Source: Azolla caroliniana
Taxonomy: Eukaryota > Plantae > Polypodiophyta
Length of the DNA stretch: 64,000 nucleotides
Assembly (NCBI GenBank): GCA_043228905.1
Contig: JBHGNT010000016.1
Span: 2,108,001 to 2,172,000, forward strand
Reading direction: 5' to 3'
The notes beneath the pieces were generated by a model. The model had not been told where the DNA came from, ran no database searches, and saw only the letters and a list, made by a program, of their open reading frames with translations. The position numbers and the translations under genes are program-made. Shown piece after piece: positions 13,741 to 27,717 of the stretch. Numbering within the stretch: the stretch's first letter is position 1; every line of letters starts with the position of its first letter.

Positions 13741-14037
13741 AAGGAGAAGAAGAAAGAGGAGGAGATTGCAGCACCGCAGCATAAAGACTTCAGAACGAAG
13801 ATTTAGAAGCTGAGAACTGGAGAAAGAAAGAAGGAAGCCGAGAGTAATCAGGAGAAGCTTCAAACCAGCACAAATCAGGGGAAGCATGAAAGCATCGTAA
13901 ATCAGGAAGAAATTTTAAAGATGATGAGACGAGTCTGCACATGAATTCAGCTCTCAGTTTAAGCTTCTTCAAGGGATCTGAGAATTCCTAGGGTTTTCTG
14001 AGCGTTTTGCTCTTCTGAGAAACCAAAGCAAATAAAA

Positions 14038-17000
14038 ATGGTAAGAAGACTAGCCAAAGGCTTTCAAATATAATTTTGAAGTCGGTCGAGAAATCTGGGA
14101 ATTTCTAGGGTTTTTGGAGCTTATTTTTCCCCTAAGAATTCAAAATTCCAGAATAATGTTTCGATAAATTCCGATGCCTTTCTCAGTTTTTCCTTTTCGC
14201 TGAGAAATAAAAAGCCAAAAGGATGATTTCAATTCTGAAGCTTCTTCAAGAACTATGAGAATCTTCTGTTAAATCTAACGGCAAAAGATTTTTGTAAATC
14301 AAGCACTTAAAATGAATTGGTAACTATGAAGTGGCCAATACAATCTGTTACAGTGATGAAAAATAGCTTTGGCACGGGGATATCCTTGTAGAAACATTAT
14401 TCCATAGCCTGAATTAGCAACGGGATTCTTCAGGATGGTCGCAAAGAAACAGTCCAGTATTGCAGAGGATGATGGATTCTCATATATATGTGGAATCTGC
14501 CGCGATTTTGGCGAACTTATTTGTTGCGAAAAGTGTGGACAAGGATTTCACCTGGAATGTCTCGGTTATAGAAGCTTACCCAATGAAGATCCATGGTTCT
14601 GTAACGATTGCAAAGATGACAAGGTTTTGCTGAAACTTCTAGCAATCTGTATTGCTCAATGTTTGCGTTGCAGAACTAGAACAGATCTTAGGACATGAAT
14701 GTGTATGCGTATATGTATTTGTGTCTATGTACGAATGATGCTAATACAATGTATGTATTTGTGTGCTTTATGTATATAATACATTGCTTAAACCAGATAT
14801 GTATATATACACAGTATGTATGCATGTTTGTGGGTGTGTAGGTACTACAATGTGTACATATGTATGTATGTGTCTCAATCTTTTTTTCCTAACATATTTT
14901 TTCGATGTAAGGTGCGGTGTTTTGAATGCAAGAAGCTTGGAAGTGTGGAGGAAGATGGCATGTTCAAATGCTCCTATAAAAGGTGCAGGAAATTCTACCA
15001 TCATCAATGTACAGCGAGCTGGATTGGTGACCCTCAGTGCCGAGTTTGTCCTCAGCATAGATGTAATGCATGTGGTAGTAAGAAGAACAGTGGTGAATGG
15101 AAGCTTTTCCGATGCCTCGATTGCCCCATGGCGTATCATGAGAATTGCTGTCCAGATGGCTCGTTGTTATTGGAAGACATTCCTGGCTACATGATTTGTG
15201 GGAAGCATGAGAATGCTTGGAAAAGACCAACTGTAAGCTCAAAGTTTCTACTTATTTTTTTTTGTATTATGATGACATATATATTAAGGGAAAAACTTGG
15301 AGTGTTTCTTTTCTTTTCCCAAATGCCAAATATCACCCCCCTCGCAAGCTAATTGTATGTGCTATTTGAGCTAGGGCCTAATCGTCCTCTTTGTCCATCT
15401 TTGGTGGATTGTCATGGGGCATTTGAGGAAATGATGAAATAGCAAGGGGCATTTTGACGTTTTCCCATAACAAGGATATGGATTTGAAAACAAAATTCAG
15501 ACCATTAACAATCTTTCCTAATGAAGAGAATTCGAAACCAAATTCCTCATACCATTTTGCATTACAAACAAATTTTCACTTTGCTGAGATTTTGTCGTTC
15601 GGATACCACATAAACATATGCATAGTCCTAAATTAACCAAGTGCTGGGACCTTAATGAGTTCATGCTGTTTAGGTTAATGGTACAACCTCTGTATGATTG
15701 TCAGGATATTTAACCTGGCAGACTTCATACATTCTTTAAGTAATTTTAAGCACATACTGTCCGCAGCTGCATTCTGTATTTTTTAACACTGTTTTATGGG
15801 TTTAAACTTGTATTGCGGGTTTCCTGCTAGTAATATAATTTAGTACTAAGAAAAAAGAACAGAGTTCGTTTTTGTGGGCATAAATTTCGTTTTCTCCTCT
15901 ACAAAGCTACAGGTATAGTTATGTATCTAGGCACATTGGAATAGATAAAGCTCATTGTGGGAACTTGGAAGTCGCCTCTTGAACTTTACACAGTTATTAA
16001 CTGTTAAGGGTTGTATATCTCTTGAGTGTACATTATATATGCATGTAATGTAGGTTTTAGGTACATGATATGGGAGTAGTGATCTGAATTTCTGATTGTA
16101 TTATGGTTTTCAGTGTGCTGATAAGATCATGGACCCTGGATCTCTTTTCCAAGTTTTACCATTACCTCAACATATTTGTGAATTCGAAGTACCACAAATA
16201 GTGCATGAGTTTGCAAAGAAACTAAAGAATAAGCCTCCACCATTTGTTCATATACGTCGGAGTATCCTTTTCTTCTACTGAAACTTATGTCTCTATGCAC
16301 TTTTTGGTCTGAATATGAAATATGATATGCATATTCTTGTAACAGGATAATGCTTCTTTACAGGTGCATGCTATGTTATGCATATACTACATCAAGGCAT
16401 TGTATGTATGCCCATAATATATACTTTTGTTTATTGCCTTGATCTATATACAGACATATATCTAGTAAAGAAGCCCAAGAGGCGTCCAGAGGAAGAGTAT
16501 ATGCAATGTACATGTGCACGTTCTGGAGGATCAAGGGAATCATGCGAGAGAGAGTGTATTTGCAGGTACATAATTTAGCAAAATATCATACGTACTTAAG
16601 TTTTCATTATTTCTCCAAACGCCCTTGGTCAAACTATAAACAAGTAAAAGGGGATTAATTGACCATATAAATACTCAAATAGCATTTATAATCGGCCATC
16701 AGTGGATGGATGGAAAATATAATTGCTCAAAAAAGTGCATATATTTGCTCTTTCCAGGGTTAAACAAGGGCATTAAGGGAAATAATAAAAATAAGGGGTA
16801 TTTGAGGAAATTAAGAAAAAATCAGGGTATATTTCAGAGTTTTTCCCTAAAATTTATGTGCATCTGATAAGTAGTTACGGTGTAGCATGTTGCAATATAC
16901 CTGCTCATCTTCTTGCGGGTGTGGACCTTCTTGTACCAACCTGCCATTTCAGAAACGCAGTGGTCGGAAGGTGCAACTCACTAAGGTGATTCTTTCTGTA

Positions 17001-20000
17001 GTTAAAATTGTATTCCTTTTGTTCTAGTATTTGATTATTTGTTAAGCTTCTATGGAATTATGAAAATATTGTAGACAGATAAATGTGGATGGGGGCTAAC
17101 TGCAGCTGAATCCATAAAGGCTGGTGATTTTTTGATTGAATATGTTGGCGAAGGTAATTATTGCACAGCCGTTTTCTTGATGGTTGAATAAATCAGATTC
17201 GTTGTGTGGTTGTGTATGCATATGCTTCCACATTCTTTAGACAACAGGTTTAATACATATACATCTAATATTTACAATTGTAATGAACAGTCATTAATGA
17301 TAAATTGTGCGAAGAGAGATTATGGGGTATGAAAGAACGCGGGGAGAGCAATTTTTATATGTGTGAGATTAATCGTGAGATGGTGATCGATGCTACATTC
17401 AAGGGAAACTTGTCCCGCTTTATCAATCATAGTTGCTGTCCCAACACTCAGCTACAGAAATGGTAATTGTTGTTGACTTGTCTTCAATAATTTGTAATGA
17501 TATTCACTATGCACTCTAGCTTTACTTTGTCTTTTGTATAAAGATGATACTGTAAACAAAATAGCCATTTGTTGAAACATAATTGAGTAACAACAGTTCA
17601 CATAGCATAACCAGTGGTTAGCTATTTTATCACTGCGGTGTATAGCTGATGTTGAGATTAGTTCCTTATATTTTAACCATCTCGAATTTGGAACATTCAA
17701 ATGCATGTAAGCGTAGTGTTTAAACACTATTGACGTTCTTAGAAAACTAGAGAGAACACGAGGTAACTTCAATTTACCTGATTTTGTTCCTTGACATAGT
17801 TGATATTCACGACAGGCATTAGGTGATTTATGATGTTCAAGTCAGGAATGATGTGCATTTTTGTGTAAGGTCAACCTAAGGAATCAATATCCCTTATCTA
17901 GATTGTCAACTCAAAAAGGATCTCAACATCTCACTCTTGACAATGCATTCCACTGAAGAGTCTAAACGAACATATGAAGCAGTGAACTGGTTCAGTTTTC
18001 ATATCTTGCTGTGGCATAATCGCTGATTTAGTAGTAATTAGATAGAAGCCATTTTCTCCTTTGATAACTATTCTTATTAAACAATGCAAGGTGAAATTGA
18101 GAAGCAAAGAATTGTACATTTGCTCATTCTCAAACATCAATCCACTTGGGAATTTTTATTTGGCATTAGGGAGTTTTATCTGATCAGCACGTGATTGAAG
18201 AGATTTATATCATTTCAGCACATTTTCATGGAAGAGACCAGGCCAACACATGAAACTATGAATCAATCCAGTTCTCATATCTTACTGTGGCCATAACCTT
18301 TGCTATAGTAATAATTAGACGGAAGCCATTTTCTTATTTGATAACCATTTCCATTCCATAATGCAAGTTGAAATTTAGAATGAAACCATTTCATATTTAT
18401 TCACTTCTCCAATACTAATCTCACGTGGCACTTTCTATCTGCCTCTAGGGAGTTTTATTTTATTAGCACACCTTTGGAAGGATTTACATAAACAATTATC
18501 TTAAACATCAGTATGCTTCAGATCATCATCACATCGGAGATGGACTCATAAAGACATAAAGCTAGTCTTTAAGTTGGTTGTGGTTTATTCACAAACTGTA
18601 GACAAGTTATTTGCTTCATAAAATTAACCAATATTGGTTGTAAAGCAATTTATTTATTTTAATCTGATCTGTTTGTGATGCTCATCTGATATATATGATC
18701 AGGCAGATTGATGGGGAGACAAGGATTGGTGTGTTTGCAATAACTGATATCCAGGAGGGCGAATTTATTTCATATGACTACCAGTATGACATCATCTTTT
18801 AGAAAAAAATATTTGAAAATGATTGCACTGTTGAATTTCTCCAAATGTTTCTGACAATCTTTTGTCCACAGGTTCATCCCATTTGGTCAAGAGCAAGATT
18901 GTTTTTGCGGTGCATCAGCATGTAGAGGGAAGCTAGGTCGAAAACCAAGTAAACAAAAGCTGTCTGCCACAATGGCTTTAGAAATTGTTGCAAGGGAGGT
19001 TCTTATGTCAACAAAGTGTAAAAAATCAAAGCTGTGCAACTCTGTGAGTATTTTGTATTTAATATTTGTGACATGCTATGGTAATTTACACAGACTTCCA
19101 GTAAATTGACTTGAAAATTATGAAGTCTTCTAAAAGTGCAGTTTTTCTGTTTTCTAGCTCTTCTGTGAGAGGAAGTCAAAGTCTCATGCAATAAATGATT
19201 GTGGAGGTAATTCACGACATTGACAATTATGGTTTTAGGGTGGCTTGAAGTCATAAAAATTCACCTTTCTATCTGTGTAATCACCGCATCTGTTGGCTGT
19301 TCTTCAGTAAAAGAAAAGTCTACATGCATGGGACGTAGAGTGCGAATATGGTGGCCTCTTGACCAAAAGTAAGAAAGCTCCAAATACTTTCTTCAGGATG
19401 TTCTTTAACCACTATCTTACTGAGTATTTGACATCCATCACATATGACATCTGTGTGCTTTTTAAATTTAGACATAGAACAAGTGCTTTATTGATTAAAT
19501 CCATTCGTTCACCATGGCATGAGGTAACCACCAATGTTGGTTTTTCGTGAGGCAGGTATTATAGTGGCACTATTGTTGACTTCGATAATCATACACGGAG
19601 ACACACGGTATACTTTTGTGCCATCCTATTAATGTTTTTGAAAGTCTAGTTCAAGAACAGAACTTATTTCATGCTTGCCATTATTATATTCTAATCTGTG
19701 TCTTTTTATATTCATAGTTGTGTCAAGAGTAACGAAATGTCCCTAATCTCTCTCTCCCTCTCTCTCTACCTATGCATGTATGAGGCAATGCGTACATTGC
19801 ACATAATGTGGTTTTTTCCTGTTAATGGGGGGCTTGTAGGAGAATCGGCCACTTCAGTGTTGGTCTTAAACCATTTCTAACCCATGTGGTCACGCTACTG
19901 AAATGATGGTTTTAGATTGAATATGATGATGGTGAGCTGGAGATGCTTCAGATGGACAAGGAAACATGGGAACTCGAAAAATCCAGTCCACCTCTGGTAA

Positions 20001-20254
20001 TAATGCATCATGGAGTCAATATTCCCAGCCTTTTGTATATTTGTAATGTACAATACTCCTAGGCAGTTTGTGATGTGTTACAATTTTCTCAGAGGAAGAA
20101 AAGGCCTGACGAGTCAGTGGGTGTCTATGCTTCAGAAGAGAGGTGCTTATATCTTATTTTTTCTGACATATTATTAAATCAGTATGTATCTGAATTATCT
20201 TAAATGTCTCTCAGCTTTACTCTTGCATCAAGTGGAGATATCACGTTCCAGTAA
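14038..20254 (+). CDS. ASH1/NSD-class histone-lysine N-methyltransferase (ASHR3/ASHH3-related) with PHD fingers, AWS, SET, post-SET and a C-terminal Tudor domain
   Basis: Exons: (ATG 14038-14040 plus 14408, or start at 14435)-14623, 14912-15232, 16114-16261, 16454-16565, 16886-16985, 17075-17153, 17291-17462, 18703-18783, 18872-19043, 19158-19206, 19308-19368, 19556-19607, 19916-19996, 20093-20142, 20215-20254 (568 aa from 14435). Motifs: CGICRDFGELICCEKCGQGFHLEC, PPPFVHIRRNIYLVKK, KCGWGL, IEYVGEVI, GNLSRFINHSCCPN, SYDYQF, CFCGASACRG, GRRVRIWWPLDQKYYSG...IEYDDG. The start and last exon are less certain. Confidence 0.9.
15288..15466. mobile_element. Short MITE-like element with terminal inverted repeats, intronic
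   Basis: GGGAAAAAC...CCCAAATGCC at the left and GGGGCATTTGAGGAAAT...GTTTTCCC at the right. Related copies lie at ~4640-4795, ~16577-16847 and ~62412-62631. Confidence 0.55.
16262..16453 (+). other. U12-type GT-AG intron in the SET-domain gene
   Basis: Donor GTATCCTTTT and branch TGCCTTGAT (16435-16443) about 11 nt before the 3' AG. Removing it restores HIRRNIYLVKK. Confidence 0.85.
17960..18490. repeat. Diverged ~275-bp direct duplication in a SET-gene intron
   Basis: CAGTT.TCATATCTT.CTGTGGC.ATAA...TAGTA.TAATTAGA..GAAGCCATTTTCT...TTGATAAC occurs at ~17993 and ~18269. Confidence 0.7.
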
Positions 20255-22373
20255 GACCTTTATTGTGATCCATCCCATCCCATACCTAACCACATGTAAA
20301 CTATTTTTCTTCACAAAGTGTGTGATCTATATTCATCCCTAACATGTGTATCATAGAAAGAAAGAAGATGAAGCTTGGCGTCTCTGTTGAGTGTTAGTTA
20401 GTGAGCTCTCACAGATTATGATGCCAGTGTGGTCTGCTAACAAAATTCATTTCATGTAATATTCATTCCTTTCCAAGTATTTTTGTTTTTTGTGTATCAA
20501 AAAGTCTATACATGGATAATGTAAGAGTGCAGTTTCAGATATTCCATTATTTTCTTCAAAAAATCAGTTCAACTCATTGGATAATTATTGCCATTTTTTG
20601 TTGTACCTTCATAAAATGTTCACCATGTTTTCATTTCGAATGAGGAGCTTACATTTAATCTCATCTGTAAATGAGAAACGTGTCCCATATCTTATCCCCA
20701 AGTAACATCATTTTACTTCACCAGAATGGCAACATCATTTTACTTGATGAGAAGAGTCTCTGCATGCTCTTTCTCATCACATTTAGATATTGTTTTCCCC
20801 CTTGCAAAGATGGGCAAAAAGCATCTAGCAGGAGTTGAACTTATGTGCTAAAGATGTTTACTTGAAGCTGTTCTAGTTGTATAAGCATGTCACTGAAGTT
20901 TCAATATTTTAAACACCTCTAATGTCAACCAACTGAGCCCTGTGATTTCACTTATTTGACACTTGCTATTCATTGTACAGTTGTTGAAGGGGGAAAGGTA
21001 AAGTGTTTATTTATTCAAGATCCATTTGGCTCTATTCAATGTACATAATTAATGTTGGCATGTGGCCTTAGTGACAAACCCTCAACTTGATAAATATAAT
21101 ATCTAAAATAGAGTCATGTGGCTGGTATGGTACACCATAAATCTAAGTAACAAACTACCATGTGGTTAATTGTCATCACCTTGAGGGTCTGTTGAAATGT
21201 TTATGCCCATTCGTTGGTTATGCATTTTCCTTTGAAGATCTTTAAGGCACTGCCAGATTGTGTGACAACAGCATGAATTTCAGCTGTAATAAGTTTGGTG
21301 GTGTTGACATGGTTATATGCATTGTTTTGGCAAGTGATGTTTGTAATCATTTTGTCAATGGAATATTGGTTATAAATTGATAGCGATCTCTTATATTTTA
21401 TTTTTCCTACTAACCTTCCAGTCTTGTTGGGAATGATTGACTTGTGGCCATTATGTTATCCTTTGGTTATGGAAAACGAACTTGTAAGTCATAACACCAA
21501 AAGTAATTATTATAATGACCACAACATCAAATCCATTGTTTGATACTTGAAACAGCTTACAATGCTATATGTTCATATCTTTAAATTTAAGACTAGTTGG
21601 AGTGGATGGTGTCAATAGGTAATGCTTCCACATTATGTTTCCAAATTAATCCATTCTTATTTTGCACCAATGTTTTAAATGTGGTTGAGTTTTATTGTGT
21701 TTAATATAGATAGTGGATGGAGCATTGTTTTATTTTGCTCAGTCCTAATTTTCGGTGGAGCATTGGAATTTCGTTCTTGGTGTTTTTTTAAAACTTTAAA
21801 ATGGTTCTATGTGCTCATCTTCCTTCTATGGTTGCAAATTTCTTTGTCATAGTTTATGTCATGAATATATTACAAAAACCTCTTGATGAGACATTAGGGT
21901 GATTCGTGAAGCTTTCATATAGAGACGAGTGATTGGATGTTTTATTGTTGAGATGGAAAAAATGAGAGTTTTAATGTGATACATGATTCAAGGTTCATAA
22001 TTATCGGCATACCATAGAAATGGGGGTGATAATTTAAACATACAGTTTGTGAATCTTGATTGCGAGTAGAGATATGCAATGATGAAACTAAACTAACAAA
22101 AGGGCTTGCCTTATGCATGCGGCATGTTTGTAACAAGTTTTCTATACTGCTAGCAATAAATTTGTGGAGTGCATTTGTAATTCCATGTTTGATGGTTACA
22201 TACGGTACCCAAAAGTTCTCTAGTCTCATTAAAACTCGAACCTTATTCCAGAAAGTGGAGTTCTATCATTGCATAATGTTAGTTCGTTGGATCTATGGCG
22301 ACTAAGTTTTGATGTTGAATAGATTGGGATATGCATTGTAGATTGTGATTGATGATGGGCCATTTCAACATAA

Positions 22374-22596
22374 AGTAGTTTTTTTTATCATGAATGAGCC
22401 TTTTTTAAATATTTTCGTACATTGTGAAAAAAAGCAATTTGTGGGTTTGACATTCTTATTTAGGGTTGTAAAAATTGATCATAGGAGTAGTTTTTTTATC
22501 GTGAATGAGGCTTTTTTAAATATTTTCATACATTGTGAAAAAAAGCAATTTGTGGGTTTCACATTCTTATTTAGGGTTGTAAAAATTGATCATAGG
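22374..22596. repeat. 111-bp tandem duplication
   Basis: TGAATGAG.CTTTTTTAAATATTTTC.TACATTGTGAAAAAAAGC occurs at 22391 and 22502. It explains the 37-aa repeat in ORF 22345-22665. Confidence 0.85.
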
Positions 22597-25500
22597 TTTA
22601 ATTTCAGTACTATGGAAACTTTTAGTTTGCAAATTGCAAAATACATTCTCAAGCTTGAAGTCTAGCTTTTGTTGCTTGTACATAAGGGGAAGTGACATGG
22701 TTATTTTTTTAATCTTTTTTGGGTTTCTCTTGATAGTCTTGTTTCCATTGTTATATTTGTTAACTGAATTATGGGTACATTTTCTCTTACATTATTACCT
22801 TTTGAGTTTTTAAAGTGGAGGTTGAAGGGCCAAAGGCATCGTTGACACAATCAAGAAGCCCTGAAACTTGAAAAGGATGAGCTTTAATTACTATCCTATT
22901 TATTTGACACTCTCTTTCAGGATTTCTATGTGGTGCGCATTCCATTGACATACCATGAGGGGTGACAACCTCAATGGTGTCAAGGTACTGTGTGAATTTT
23001 TTTATGTATTCCACATTTTGATCATGCCATGTGTCATCTTTTCATGCACACTTAAAAAATGCCTTTGTTCCTTGTGTACTCGAAAAAGAAAATTCCATGT
23101 GCACTTGGTGCACTAACACTCTTCTCTCATTTCTTGATTGATAGGAATGCTTCACCATTTCTCCACATTGGGAAATATATTGGAATAGTTTGAGTATATT
23201 TTCAATGCTAGCAAACAAAAAAAAATTGTCATAACAATTTCGTAATATTGTAAATAGTTCAAATGTGATTGTCACATAATATGTTGGTTTGTCCATATGA
23301 ATGACAACGTCATGGCCCCATTTAATTTCCAAGATGATGATTTTTGGAACTTGATTGATGAAAATTGGTTCCTCAAAATTTAATTCGCTCAACTAGTCCA
23401 ATATAATTGGCATCAATATATCAATTCATGAGATATCAAGACATGCATAAATATCCACTATTTTTAGTGGTCGAATGTAAATTGGCTTGAGATTTAACTT
23501 ACAAATCACAAACATTGTGCCTAAATAATCCTACACATAAATATTCTTAAGTGTTATCCCAAAGAAGCATATGACTTTTGTCAATCCCATGATTATGTAG
23601 ATGCATATTGAACCTAAAATAATAACAAATGTAATGCACATGAGTAATAATGGAAGAGAACCTATATCAAATTTACCTTTCAAATGTATGTCAACTCATG
23701 ATCATAATAATATTGGGTTGATCATATGAGTGAACTAAATTTAGTCCATCCTAGACGAAGTGTGCCTTCACACCCTTGCATAGTTTTGCAAGGTATTATT
23801 ATGTTTTTCAAATGCATGTCACACTAATACAAAAAAGGAAGAACTTCTTATCACCCTTGGGGTTTTCATGCTTCTCTCAAATGCCCCTAAAATTGCCGTC
23901 CACCTACAATCTCCTTATTTCCTTGAAATGCCCTTCGTCAACACATGAAAGAAAGAAAAAGGGGATTACTTAGACCATATAATTTCTCGAAATACCACAT
24001 ATAAACTAAGAATCGGAGAATCCATAGACCATGTAGTTGCACATCATTTGACATATATAACATGGGTGGGTAGGTTAACAAACAAATGCATATTTATATT
24101 ACAAATAAGATGAACTTACTTGAAAGAGCATCTAGAATTCATCTTAGGAGAAACAAATGTATCGGGATATAAAATGAGTTTTTTCAAACATGTACATAGA
24201 TTGGATCATGGATTGTCGAAAAAATCAAGACTTCGAAGGAATTTTGTGTTGGGAATGACGAAGGATAAAAAAAGGAATTCACAAATGAAAATAATTTCTC
24301 AGGGTTAGAGTTACACAATGTGCTTTACTAGGCCTGATCAATATAACACCAAAATAAATATCCAACACATGGGAACATGCATTTATAAATAATAGAAGTG
24401 GGCATCTCTTAGTCATTCAATTCGTAGGACATACATAGAGAATCACAAAAGACATATGTTCAATTAAAAATACATAACAAACTAACGTTTGACAACTTGT
24501 GCCCATATGCAATTTATATTTAGAAATGTGAGGTTTTCCAATATTTGGAATGATGCAAACATGGTATGGACCAAGTTGTGAGTTGTGACATTATCAAGTC
24601 ACTACACTGTGCAATGACAAAGATAAGCCTTGAAAACTAAATGTTTTATGCATGCATAGGCAATGAAATGCACGTCCATAATTGATTTACTGCTAACACC
24701 TACAATCTATTAAATGGGAGAGTTTTTCGTCACACCATTGGGTCAAAAGGAAGAACAATGATTGTAGAAAAAATAATATTCATCCGGTGAAATGCATTAG
24801 GGTGATAATACTTCAATGATCATTGATTGGCATGTCCGGTTTCCTTTTTTTTTATGTGGAACAGATTTAGAACTTCATATCTTCCAATTTCTTGATGGAA
24901 GCAAATGGCATTGGATCGGGAAAATATATTTTTGTTTGGATCATTTCTTTGTTGACCATTTGGAATTTCACTTCCACGTGTTTATTAATAAAGTAGAGCA
25001 TTGGTGAATAAAAAAGTGTCATCCACATGAGAAGAGATAAAGCACATTATTTGACTTTGGTCGTTAAAAACATAAAAAACTAATCATTATTCTTATCATC
25101 ATTACATATATAAAACAAGCAGTAAATTGTACTCGCAGATAGTATTGTCTATATATCAATACAATGTTCATGGTTAGGTGATACATATGATGGTATATCT
25201 ACACAAACCCTTTTGCCTTAGACATGTGTGCCACCTTTGGGCTAGTTGGTAACCCCCTAAAATTGAGCTCGAACAAGCAAAAGCATAGGAATAAGCATTC
25301 ATTGAATATATTGCCCTCCTGCACTTTACTAATGGGCTGCTTCCAAATCTAGTGAAAATATATATTTTGTGTCATGATAACTAACTCCTTCAACTTTATA
25401 TTTTCTTAGGAGACGCTAATTGCTTGTGAGATCGTAGATTACATGAAATTTTTGAACATCCAAGGTTAGAATCATGCACGAATTGCAAGAGCATTATGGA

Positions 25501-27274
25501 GGAGCTTTGCAATAAATAATTAATGTAATCCCAATAAATGAAGAAACTATTAAAATCATGTCATAAAAAGTGAAAAAGTGAAGAACTTATGCCCTCAACC
25601 TTTCAATAAATTTGTAAAAGCATTATGTGCATCAAAATCAGTATTATTGGGACGGTGGCCATAATTGATTGTAAATCAAACTTATGAATTCGAAATTTGA
25701 AAATTTTATTTTCAATGGGACATGGTTACCAATGCTTGGTAAATACATAGTTAAAAGCAAGTTGCAAGACATGGTTTACTTTTCGTAACATTCATAAGAT
25801 TGGAAACATCTTTCAAAACTCATCAAGAGTAATGTTGGAACACGAAATTAAGCAATTTTAATGAAGTTGCTTCTTTTAGGACATAATTGACTTCTGGAAT
25901 TTTTGTTTCTTAGGCTACTTCACATATGAATACTTTCCAACCATTTTTCATACATTACTAGAAAATAAAATCACATCTTTCTTTAGCCACAACCATTCCT
26001 CAAGATTCGCTCTACCTTCTCATTGAGCTTTGCAATGCTTGGATAGGCTCTTTTCATACTACAATAAAGGTGTAGGGCAAAAATGCGTTCAAGTTCTCAC
26101 ATTCCAAAAGATCAATGCGAAAGGGGACAACGTTCCCTCTTTATTATCTTCTTTGTCGCGGATCCCATCATTTTGTGCCTTGGGAGGGGGACCGACCCTC
26201 AATAGTAAAATCCCACAGGGTGAAAAACCAAGCATGGAGAGAAGTGCTTTACTTCTTTCCTTGCAAGGGGCACTCTTGTTATAGGGAAAGTATGCCAGTT
26301 GGATGAGAGTACCACATTGGGAAATGATTTGTTGTTTCTTTAGAGAGAAAAGACAAAGAATCTAGATAACGTATAGAGTGACGAGGGAGATGTGCTATTT
26401 GCTAATGAACCTCGGTGTCCAATGCAAATCTTGCTACGCAGAGCAGAATACATCTTTATTGACAATGGTGGTTTGTATAGTTCCGAACGTGGGCACATGT
26501 TCTATCTTTATAAATGTTCACAAGAATCTAGGTTTTATGTAGAGAAGCGATGACATATTATCAAATTCCGAATGAGGGCAAACATCATGTAGCAGGGAAG
26601 CATTCGTGTACATATCTGGTTTCCAAGAGTGTGGACTAACGCGTGAGCGAAACATCGTGTTTTTTTGTCCACATAAGAGAGGTGCTTTGGGGCAATGAAG
26701 CAAGGGGGGTCATTGGCAGATATTGGGACCCCCTCGCCACCCCGTCCCCTAGATGGGAGTGCTAAGAGAGTGGAAGGGGCATTCTCCCCCTGAATGCAGG
26801 CCACATAAGGAAGGTGGTGAGTCGTTGACTGAAAAGTTTGAACGAAAAATGGAAAGCATTTGGCCTACGTGATCATCGAGAGAGGTTATGAAGTGTGCCC
26901 CCCCCCGCCCCCCTACATGCCTTATAAACAAAATACAAGACATAAATAACACCAGATTCGTGTGTGTGTGTGTGTGTGTTTTGATTTGGTGGGGTGTGTG
27001 TGTGGGGAGGGAGGGGGGGAGAAGAAAAAAGCAGAAAGCAGAAAGCAAAACGCAAGAAAAGCAATCGAGAATTATACATATATAAAACAAAATAATATGT
27101 TTAAGTATGTACATATGTATTATTTTGTTTTATATGGTATTTACCCAAAAATGTTTCATTACGTAATGGCTTCCAACCCAATAAGAAAATATAATTTCAT
27201 TTTCAGCTCATTTATTTTACCAGGCTATTTGTTTTTTTTTACTTTGATACAAAGAAAATAATCAGTAAGTAATT

Positions 27275-27440
27275 AGAATTAAGTATGTACTTATATAAAG
27301 AGAATATGTAACTAATCAATCAATTAATTAATTAGAGACACTAATAAGTGAATACACATTTGATAATTAAGTACTTATATAAAGAGAGTATGTAACTAAT
27401 TAATTAATTAATTAATTAGAGACAGTAATAAGCGAATATA
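27275..27440. repeat. ~85-bp tandem duplication in the GDPDL upstream region
   Basis: GTACTTATATAAAGAGA.TATGTAACTAAT...AATTAGAGACA.TAATAAG.GAATA occurs twice. Confidence 0.75.
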
Positions 27441-27717
27441 CTTATGATTTGAGCCTGCTTTTTCTTAATTAATCAAGAAAAACAGATTTAATCAGCTACT
27501 TGAATAAAATAAATAAACAACCTGTTTGCTTTTTTAAAATAAATAAATATATAAAAAAGTAAATAAGAATTAATATTAATAAATTTGACTTCGCAGTACG
27601 CGCTCATTCGAGAGAGAGCACGTTCTTCATCGTCTTCATCTTCTTCATTTTCTCAAGTAAGAGAACACAGAGTTACAGAAACAAAGATCCCTAACTCGCA
27701 CCCTAACAAATCCAAAC

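Noticed and set aside
13533-13887. Poly-Ala and poly-Pro ORFs on both strands
   Set aside because: They arise from (GCG)n and (CT)n repeats in the 5' leader of the SET gene.
22345-22665. ORF with a 37-aa internal repeat
   Set aside because: It is a by-product of a 111-bp non-coding tandem duplication.
26749-27261. Overlapping ORFs of about 100-120 aa
   Set aside because: They are driven by (GT)n and G/C runs and show no domain or splice support.
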